Virus record (IMG/VR): IMGVR_UViG_3300012352_000260
Location: 1-33,668 of that record
Strand: one strand, 5' to 3'
Origin: a virus
Taxonomy: Duplodnaviria > Caudoviricetes
DNA: 33,668 bases
Both the position numbers and the translations under genes were made by a program. Under the pieces are notes generated by a model that worked only from the letters and a program-made list of their open reading frames with translations, was not told where the DNA came from and made no database searches. Numbering within the stretch: position 1 is the stretch's first letter; every line of letters begins with the position of its first letter. This document shows positions 27,707 through 33,668 of this stretch, piece after piece.

Positions 27707-27814
27707 TTTTTCATAGGTTTAGTAGTGCGCATCCGTTTACCTTATAGGTATGGCGGATGTTGATTAGGGTGAATGCAGAATGGTCGTGGAATTATCTACG
27801 GCCATTTTTGTTTT
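27707..27814 (+). ncRNA. Candidate small RNA 1 (promoter box, antisense seed, hairpin, terminator)
   Basis: TAATTTTG at 27699-27706, hairpin 27730-27759, terminator 27780-27814; no credible + strand ORF. Confidence 0.4.
27780..27814 (+). terminator. Intrinsic terminator ending the tail operon
   Basis: ATGGTCGTGGA-ATTA-TCTACGGCCAT followed by TTTTGTTTT. Confidence 0.8.
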
Positions 27815-27828
27815 ATTTATCGGTTTCA

Positions 27829-27854
27829 CTAATTAGTTATTTGGCTAATTTTGA
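27829..27854 (+). promoter_or_regulatory. Palindromic operator-like motif overlapping a TAATTTTG box (copy 2)
   Basis: CTAATTAGTTATTTGGCTAATTTTGA. Confidence 0.6.
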
Positions 27855-27867
27855 AAAAAAACTACAA

Positions 27868-28851
27868 ATGGGTTTAAAGCACGATCAAATCAAGGATCAT
27901 TTTTATTCATCGCCATTATCAATGAAATTATTTTCTGAAAAGTATCACGAGGCATACGGTTACACGGATGCTAAACAGATGCGCAAGATGATGAGCAGGT
28001 ATAACATTCTGTCGCGTACTAGGGCAGATCACAATTTGAAAAATTTACCAAAGGCTCATATTGAATCGATGGAATTTAGCGAAATGGATAATTTTGGGAT
28101 TGAGCCATCTATTGGAAAAGAATACACCTCAGATAAATTGCCTGATCATCTTAAAAAGATCGGGATCCTTTCTGACATTCACGTTCCATTCCATTCGGTT
28201 GAGGCCGTTGTATGCGCAATTAAACGATTGAGAGAAGAAAAGATTGATTGCTTGTATCTAAACGGTGACACGTTTGATTTTTATAGCATTAGCCGTCACG
28301 AGAAAGAAAAGGATCTACGTGATTTTCCAAAGGAGATCGAAATGTGCCGTAATTTCCTGCAAAAGTTACGTGACATATTTCCTAACATACCGATCTATTT
28401 TAAGGCCGGGAATCACGAAAACAGGTATCAGCGATATTTGAACGAACAGGCTGAGGAATTTGCGCAGCTTCACGAAATGCAGTTTGACAAGTTTTTCAGG
28501 TTAGACTCGTTGGATATGAAATTTGTACCGGATTGGCAAGGTATGGAAATGGGCGATTTGCTAGTTTGTCACGGTCACGAATTGATGGCCGGTGGGATGA
28601 ATCCATCTCAAAGCACGTTCAATAAAACTTTCTGCAATACGTTGATAGGCCACGTCCACCGGACTACAAATACAATCAAAAAGGACGGATTTAAAAAATT
28701 CATACACACGTACAGTACAGGATGTTTGACGCAATTATCGCCAAAATACTATCCATTTGCTCAGCACAATAACGGTTTTGCGATCGTTACAATCGCAGAC
28801 GGAAAATCAAAAGTGGATAACATTATGATTAAAGACGGAAAAATTGTTTAG
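27868..28851 (+). CDS. Calcineurin-like metallophosphoesterase (start re-assigned to 27868)
   Basis: SDIH, NGDTFD, GNHE, HGH and GHVH motifs. Confidence 0.9.
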   Translation: MGLKHDQIKDHFYSSPLSMKLFSEKYHEAYGYTDAKQMRKMMSRYNILSRTRADHNLKNLPKAHIESMEFSEMDNFGIEPSIGKEYTSDKLPDHLKKIGILSDIHVPFHSVEAVVCAIKRLREEKIDCLYLNGDTFDFYSISRHEKEKDLRDFPKEIEMCRNFLQKLRDIFPNIPIYFKAGNHENRYQRYLNEQAEEFAQLHEMQFDKFFRLDSLDMKFVPDWQGMEMGDLLVCHGHELMAGGMNPSQSTFNKTFCNTLIGHVHRTTNTIKKDGFKKFIHTYSTGCLTQLSPKYYPFAQHNNGFAIVTIADGKSKVDNIMIKDGKIV

Positions 28852-28859
28852 ATTTGTGC

Positions 28860-28934
28860 GAATAAATTAAGGTTAAAATCAGTATAGTTGTTGTGAGTTG
28901 AAAAGGGCATTCCATTGGATTGCTCTTTTTTTTT
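28860..28934 (+). ncRNA. Candidate small RNA 2
   Basis: TAGATTTG box at 28849-56, about 40 nt of unstructured sequence containing GTATAGTTGTT, then a terminator. Confidence 0.4.
28901..28934 (+). terminator. Intrinsic terminator (possibly bidirectional)
   Basis: AAAAGGGCA...TGCTCTTTT stem plus a T tract. Confidence 0.75.
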
Positions 28935-29033
28935 ACCGTTAGATAAATTTTAGTTTAAAAAAGTTTGAAAAAGTTTTGAAATTAAAATAATTCGTATTTA
29001 CTTAGCCATATCAAACAACAAAACAACAACGAT

Positions 29034-29225
29034 ATGAAAAATTTAGTAGTAACATTCAAGGTAAGTCAAAACGAAAAATATGGCGATTTTAGAGTAGATA
29101 AATATCTAAATGGCGAATGGGTTAATCAGAGAGATAATAATTGGACAAAAAAGCAAGCTGAAATAGTTGCTCAAAAATATAGAGTAGCTTCAATTACTCA
29201 CACAACAATGGGAGATAAATTTTAA
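29034..29225 (+). CDS. Early hypothetical protein
   Basis: CAA-rich leader; first gene after an AT-rich intergenic region. Confidence 0.7.
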   Translation: MKNLVVTFKVSQNEKYGDFRVDKYLNGEWVNQRDNNWTKKQAEIVAQKYRVASITHTTMGDKF

Positions 29226-29274
29226 TACAACACCGAGCCGGGCGGATTCCCGGCAAACTTTAAACAACTATACA

Positions 29275-29592
29275 ATGAAAAATTATCAATTAAACAGCTA
29301 TTTACAATTAAACGGTTTTACAGATCAATCAATCTGTATGAAAGAGGCGGTTGGCCTTTCAAAGTGTTTCGCTGCCTATGCAGAATTTACTCCAAATGAA
29401 GAAATTATTGAAATCGGGTTCAATCCAAATTCAGGATACGTTTACATTTCATTAGAGCATTACTCTATTTCAATCTGCTCAATGGTTGGATGCGACGTTG
29501 AGTATTTAGTTACAGATTTTGAGGATGGCGAAGAGTATTTTTTTGACTCTTATGAGGACGCAGTAGAAAAACAATTATCAATCAATTCATAA
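29275..29592 (+). CDS. Early hypothetical protein (acidic)
   Basis: Leader TAAACAACTATACA-ATG. Confidence 0.75.
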   Translation: MKNYQLNSYLQLNGFTDQSICMKEAVGLSKCFAAYAEFTPNEEIIEIGFNPNSGYVYISLEHYSISICSMVGCDVEYLVTDFEDGEEYFFDSYEDAVEKQLSINS

Positions 29593-29603
29593 ACAACAAC
29601 AAT

Positions 29604-29714
29604 ATGTGGAACTTATTAAAAACAATCGACAAAAATGACATAGCAGGTTTGGTTATCTGCTTGACTGCAATAGCGATCTGCGTGAAAATTATGTATATCG
29701 TTGGAAACATCTAA
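29604..29714 (+). CDS. Small membrane protein (36 aa), absent from the ORF track
   Basis: MWNLLKTIDKNDIAGLVICLTAIAICVKIMYIVGNI*, with leader AAACAACAACAAT. Confidence 0.6.
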   Translation: MWNLLKTIDKNDIAGLVICLTAIAICVKIMYIVGNI

Positions 29715-29724
29715 AAATACGGCA

Positions 29725-29919
29725 ATGGTATATAAAATCACTTTTAAGGATCACGCCGGATATTACACGGTGACCAAAAGTTTTTCCAATACTGACGAAT
29801 TGGGGAAATACATTCAGAATGAAATGGCCAATTATGGCGGCAAGGAAATAGGCATTGAGGAATTTGAATCAATGCAGGATATGTTAGAAAAACGGTACAA
29901 GAATCAAGATGAGAGTTAA
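29725..29919 (+). CDS. Hypothetical protein (start 29725)
   Basis: ATG follows the stop of the preceding small ORF. Confidence 0.65.
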   Translation: MVYKITFKDHAGYYTVTKSFSNTDELGKYIQNEMANYGGKEIGIEEFESMQDMLEKRYKNQDES

Positions 29920-30112
29920 AATCAAAAAGGGTGAACTGCACAGATTGGTTGCAGATGATCTAAACAAAAGAGGTATTAAACCAATCAGCGCCGAAAAATG
30001 GCAGGCGCATAATATACAGATGGCCATATCAAGAAATTTAAACTACCCACTGATGTGGGAATCAATTAACAGAATATCTAAACAACTATACAATGAGTCA
30101 GAAAACAAGTAA
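29909..30112 (+). CDS. Small putative DNA-binding protein
   Basis: VADDLNKRGIKP...KW resembles the A-x-x-LN-x-x-G...W helix of recombinase-type DNA-binding domains. Confidence 0.55.
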   Translation: MRVKIKKGELHRLVADDLNKRGIKPISAEKWQAHNIQMAISRNLNYPLMWESINRISKQLYNESENK

Positions 30113-30707
30113 TCCATTAGCCGAAATTCAGGCAAAATTAAAAGCCCCGAAAGGACAATATAATTCATTCGGAAAATATCATTACAGATCAGCTGAGGAT
30201 ATTTTGGAGGCCGTCAAAAAGGTAGTTAATCCAATGGGGTTTTCAGTTACATTAACGGATCAAGTCAAAGAAATTGGCGGCCGTATTTACGTTGAGGCGT
30301 TGGCGTCATTATTCAATGGAGAATTGGAATACACAGCCACCGGGATCGCGCGTGAAGAAGAAACAAAGAAAGGTATGGACGGCGCACAAGTAACGGGAGC
30401 CGCTTCAAGTTACGCTCGCAAGTATGCGCTCAACGGCCTTTTTGCGATCGATGATACAAAGGATTCAGACGCAACGAATAATCACGGGAAATCGCAGGAA
30501 TCAGCGCCTCAGGCAAAAACTAAAACAGGTATGCCACCGTTGTCTGATTTTGATATTCAATTTCAGGGATTAATTGAAACAGTGAATAAAATTACCCAAA
30601 TATCGGAATTAAAGGAATTGTGGGATGAATTACTTGATGAGGCGAAGCAAAACAAGGAGGTTCAGCAATTATTTAATCATAAAAAACAAGATTTAACATC
30701 AAAATAA
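30093..30707 (+). CDS. ERF-family single-strand annealing protein
   Basis: LKAPKGQYNSFGKYHYRSAEDILEAVK and Q.TGAASSYARKYALNGLFAIDD..DSD. Confidence 0.92.
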   Translation: MSQKTSNPLAEIQAKLKAPKGQYNSFGKYHYRSAEDILEAVKKVVNPMGFSVTLTDQVKEIGGRIYVEALASLFNGELEYTATGIAREEETKKGMDGAQVTGAASSYARKYALNGLFAIDDTKDSDATNNHGKSQESAPQAKTKTGMPPLSDFDIQFQGLIETVNKITQISELKELWDELLDEAKQNKEVQQLFNHKKQDLTSK

Positions 30708-30718
30708 ACAAAATACCT

Positions 30719-31183
30719 ATGAAAAATGAATTAATGAGTGTTGACGGTCAGATCCTTGACCTAAACAAAAAAGAGATCGCGCAGATGGCTGAAAACTTTA
30801 TGGCCAACGCGGATTCAATTAACACCGTGAAATTGGCCGCACAATTAGCTAAATTCACGCTATTATCTGCTGAAATGGACAAACACCTGAAAGACCATTT
30901 GTTTGTTGATCTGCGCCAAAACAAGGACAGTAAATTAAGCGCGTATGGAGTTGATTTCAGCGAGATGGAAGCCGGTATCAAATACGATTATTCGGAAACA
31001 GAATCGTGGTGCAAATTACAGTATGAAATCGATCGTTTGAAAGACAAGCAGAAAGACGTTGAGGCATTCTGTAAAGCCCTAAAAGGCAAAGTATCGATAT
31101 TGGATGAAGAAACAGGCGAATTGGCTGATTTTTACCCACCGTCAAAGACATCTACAACTACAATCAAAAAAGTAATCAAATAA
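30719..31183 (+). CDS. Hypothetical phage protein in the recombination module
   Basis: EAGIKYDYS...DEETGE...PP..TS; lies between ERF and the SSB-like gene. Confidence 0.75.
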   Translation: MKNELMSVDGQILDLNKKEIAQMAENFMANADSINTVKLAAQLAKFTLLSAEMDKHLKDHLFVDLRQNKDSKLSAYGVDFSEMEAGIKYDYSETESWCKLQYEIDRLKDKQKDVEAFCKALKGKVSILDEETGELADFYPPSKTSTTTIKKVIK

Positions 31184-31202
31184 CAATCTAACAAATAGCA
31201 TT

Positions 31203-31508
31203 ATGGCACGTTTTATTTCAATCAAAATTGACCTTTCTAAAATTGACGAATCACGTATTTTCGAAAGTCAAAAAACAGGGGCGCGTTACCTTGATATTAC
31301 AGGTGTATTAACCGATACGCCTGACAAGTACGAAAACAACGGATTTGTAAAACAAAATTCGACCAAAGAGGAGCGTGAAGCAGGTTTGCAATTACCGATC
31401 GTTGGTAATTTTAAATTGTTGAAAATTTTATCGGATCCGGGTGCGCCTGTATCTGCTCAGCCTATCCAATCATCAGCGCCGGTTCAGTCGGACGATCTAC
31501 CATTTTAG
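31203..31508 (+). CDS. Putative single-stranded DNA-binding protein
   Basis: Acidic C-terminal DDLPF tail after a Pro/Ser/Ala linker; close to ERF. Confidence 0.7.
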   Translation: MARFISIKIDLSKIDESRIFESQKTGARYLDITGVLTDTPDKYENNGFVKQNSTKEEREAGLQLPIVGNFKLLKILSDPGAPVSAQPIQSSAPVQSDDLPF

Positions 31509-31510
31509 CA

Positions 31511-31780
31511 ATGAGAAAAATTGTTGATAGCTACACTACAAGACACGGAGAATTGAAAGCAATTTATTCCGTAGCAACGGCAAATTTAAAGCATCGTGAC
31601 ATTGAGATCGGTGCTTTATATGAACTTGAATATCGCTTGGGAAATCAGGTGCTATTTTTGAAATCAGAATTGGATCACGTTACAGATGGGAATCGTACAT
31701 TATTTTTCAAGCATCCGGATCCTGAACGCCGGTTGATCGGAATCCCAATTATGTCAATTATCAGATACGTGAAAAAATGA
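31511..31780 (+). CDS. Hypothetical protein
   Basis: Coupled ORF. Confidence 0.7.
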   Translation: MRKIVDSYTTRHGELKAIYSVATANLKHRDIEIGALYELEYRLGNQVLFLKSELDHVTDGNRTLFFKHPDPERRLIGIPIMSIIRYVKK

Positions 31781-31887
31781 GCATAGAAACAAAAATTGAT
31801 TTGGTATTTTATTGGGCTGTTGCGCAAATGTTTTTTACTATTTTAGGCGCATTAATCAATATGTATAATGAGAACAAAAACAAATGA
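31777..31887 (+). CDS. Small membrane protein (36 aa), absent from the ORF track
   Basis: ATGA overlap; hydrophobic LVFYWAVAQMFFTILGALI. Confidence 0.55.
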   Translation: MSIETKIDLVFYWAVAQMFFTILGALINMYNENKNK

Positions 31888-32032
31888 ACTAGGATACACG
31901 TTCAATCAAGTTTGGGCGCATATCGCAAAAGAATTACAACGTAATTACATAAAATTGAATAAAATTCAACCTAAACAACAAAATTATGGTAACCTTTCAG
32001 CAGTATCATCAAAGCAATCCGCATCTATATGA
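31868..32032 (+). CDS. Small hypothetical protein (54 aa), absent from the ORF track
   Basis: MRTKTNELGYTFNQVWAHIAKEL...; fills the gap. Confidence 0.5.
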   Translation: MRTKTNELGYTFNQVWAHIAKELQRNYIKLNKIQPKQQNYGNLSAVSSKQSASI

Positions 32033-32261
32033 ATTGTACAAAATGATTGCTATTAAGCTAATCAGACAAGGACGCAGGAAGCTAGGATCAAAGTATATTT
32101 TTGAGCATATGCGGTACGATTTTACATTCAGAAGTGAAAACGATCCGTTTAAAATTAATAACAATTTTGCACCAATGTATGCGCGCAAATTCATCTTAGA
32201 AAATCCGCAGTACGGTCACTTGTTTAATTTTAAGCCGCTCAAAGGCACTATCGTTTTATAG
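31986..32261 (+). CDS. Hypothetical phage protein
   Basis: F.QYH..NP.LY...FKINNN....YARKF....P pattern; A-rich leader. Confidence 0.75.
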   Translation: MVTFQQYHQSNPHLYELYKMIAIKLIRQGRRKLGSKYIFEHMRYDFTFRSENDPFKINNNFAPMYARKFILENPQYGHLFNFKPLKGTIVL

Positions 32262-32284
32262 ATTTTTTTTCTATATTTACGATG

Positions 32285-32378
32285 TAATCAGCGAAAAGGG
32301 TAGGAGTTTTTCGGTGATTAATTGGGTTTAAGAACCACAAAGCCTGTTTGCACTCCTACGCATTCAGGCTTTTTTTTT
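32285..32378 (+). ncRNA. Structured leader (two hairpins with complementary loops; the second is terminator-like)
   Basis: Hairpin 32285-32320 carries GTAGGAGT; hairpin 32340-32371 has loop ACTCCTAC and is followed by a T run. Confidence 0.6.
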
Positions 32379-32384
32379 GACCAA

Positions 32385-33071
32385 ATGAAGAAATTAGTAA
32401 TAAAAAACAGGTATGCTACAATACCAAACGATCTAGTGAACAGTCATCGGATCTCTTTAAAAGCAAAAGGATTGTTTGCTTATATTCAATCAAAACCGGA
32501 TGGATGGGATTTTAGCGCTGAGCGGATCGCAAGCCAATTAAAGGAGGGAATGCCAACCGTATCATCTGCCCTGAAAGAATTGGAAAGTCACGGATATTTA
32601 ACGCGCGAACGTTACCAAAATGAGAACGGATATTGGATGATTCAATACATTCTGCACGATAATTCAAGCCTACATATACAAATTCCTGTCGCGGAAAACC
32701 TAATATCAGGAAATCCTATACAGGAAAATCCTAATACAGGAAAACCATCGAATAATATAAAGAAAGAAAGCAGTAAAAAAGAATCAATAAAAGAAAGTAC
32801 AGTAAAAAGTAGGCGTGAAGAAATTTTCGATTTATGGTTTAAATACAAGGCGGAGAAAAAACAACGATATACAGAAACCGGCAGAGCCGCATTATTAAAA
32901 AAATGGGAATGGGTTACTGACGATCAGTTGGAACAATACGTCAATCATTCGATGGCAAACAATTACTCAGGGATCTTTGAAAAATCAGTAAACAATAATA
33001 ACAATGGAAATTCAACAGGCGAAAAACTTGGTACAAGTGCAGCAAGAAACGCAGCCCTCAGAAATTGGTAA
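32385..33071 (+). CDS. Replication initiator (N-terminal winged HTH, lambda O-like organisation); start 32385
   Basis: YATIPN...ISLKAKGLFAYIQSKPDGW.FS...LKELE..GYL.R; internal iterons; C-terminal SMANNYSGIF. Confidence 0.8.
   Translation: MKKLVIKNRYATIPNDLVNSHRISLKAKGLFAYIQSKPDGWDFSAERIASQLKEGMPTVSSALKELESHGYLTRERYQNENGYWMIQYILHDNSSLHIQIPVAENLISGNPIQENPNTGKPSNNIKKESSKKESIKESTVKSRREEIFDLWFKYKAEKKQRYTETGRAALLKKWEWVTDDQLEQYVNHSMANNYSGIFEKSVNNNNNGNSTGEKLGTSAARNAALRNW
32693..32746 (+). repeat. Iteron-like direct repeats (probable replication origin)
   Basis: GGAAAACCTAATATCA / GGAAATCCTATACA / GGAAAATCCTAATACA / GGAAAACC, followed by an A-rich tract at 32751-32810. Confidence 0.65.
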
Positions 33072-33668
33072 AGGAACGGCAAATTTGATAATCAAGGCGC
33101 AAAGCGCTGAAAATATCCGGAATCGATCCGAAAACGAATTGAAGCAGGTGCTACGTTTGGCGATGCTTATGGTTGGACTACGCGGATCAAACCTGCCTAC
33201 GGATGAGGAAAAATTTGTATTGCTTGCCTTTATCAAATCAAACTACGGAAACCAAACGCCTGAGGAAATTGCGATTGCCTTTGAAATGGCCGTTGCCGGG
33301 AAACTGAATACTGATTGTAAATGCTATGAGAATTTTTCTTGCGAATACTTTGGACGCATAATGAACGCATACATTGAATACGCAAGGCAGGAAACTAAAA
33401 ACGTGAAACGGCCTGAAATTGAGATCCCTAAACCCGTACCAACGAATGACGAATTGAAATCATTGGCGATCGCGAACGTAAATTCATACATAAAGCGTAT
33501 AAAATTAGGAGAGAAAACAGGAGAAAAATTTGAATGGACGGCCGGTGGACTTTCTTTTTTGTATGATTATTTAGTTCAATTTGAAATTTGGGAATGCCCG
33601 TTGGAACAAAAGCGTGAGATCGCGGCAAAATTAAAGCCGAAATTTACAGACGTTACATTACTTACGGC
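33004..33668 (+). CDS. Replication-associated hypothetical protein (possible helicase loader), truncated at the window end; absent from the ORF track
   Basis: ATG at 33004 with an AACAATAATAACA leader; open for about 221 codons to the edge; overlaps the initiator gene end. Confidence 0.7.
   Translation, partial: MEIQQAKNLVQVQQETQPSEIGKGTANLIIKAQSAENIRNRSENELKQVLRLAMLMVGLRGSNLPTDEEKFVLLAFIKSNYGNQTPEEIAIAFEMAVAGKLNTDCKCYENFSCEYFGRIMNAYIEYARQETKNVKRPEIEIPKPVPTNDELKSLAIANVNSYIKRIKLGEKTGEKFEWTAGGLSFLYDYLVQFEIWECPLEQKREIAAKLKPKFTDVTLLT

Larger units (their letters stand above)
1..33668 (+). mobile_element. Near-complete tailed bacteriophage genome (siphovirus, HK97-fold capsid), probable Bacteroidota host
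   Basis: Terminase, portal, protease, capsid, neck, tail tube, tape measure, lysis and replication genes, all co-oriented. No host genes or integrase recognised. Confidence 0.95.

Noticed and set aside
84-33628. All minus-strand ORFs and nested alternative-frame ORFs in the track
   Set aside because: They shadow well-supported + strand genes and have no recognisable motifs or leaders.

Overview
The window is an essentially complete ~33.7-kb tailed phage genome (siphovirus, HK97-type head) with all credible genes on the + strand. A Bacteroidota host is inferred from TAnnTTTG promoter boxes and A-rich leaders lacking Shine-Dalgarno sequences. Order: small middle genes (HTH, VRR-NUC, DUF3310), a tRNA-like element, a five-gene DNA-modification operon, terminase, portal, head and neck genes, lysis cassette, long tail fibre, two tail-tube paralogs, frameshifted tail chaperones, tape measure, tail-tip protein, metallophosphoesterase, early genes, ERF recombinase, SSB-like protein and a replication initiator with iterons. 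The standout is the coupled operon ParB-like / class II glutamine amidotransferase / amino acid:DNA transferase (aGPT-Pplase2) / P-loop kinase / TET-JBP dioxygenase, directly upstream of terminase. No C5-methyltransferase, dUMP hydroxymethylase or DNA polymerase is recognisable, which suggests a post-replicative base-hypermodification pathway, possibly T to 5hmU to an amino-substituted U. Other notable signals are strong depletion of CCAG/CTGG and CATG with GATC excess, two candidate small RNAs antisense to early-gene start regions, a kissing-loop attenuator-like leader before the replication gene, a tRNA-like RNA with a duplicated T-arm, and a shared palindromic operator. All family assignments come from motif recognition by eye, and motif counts are manual; no searches were run.
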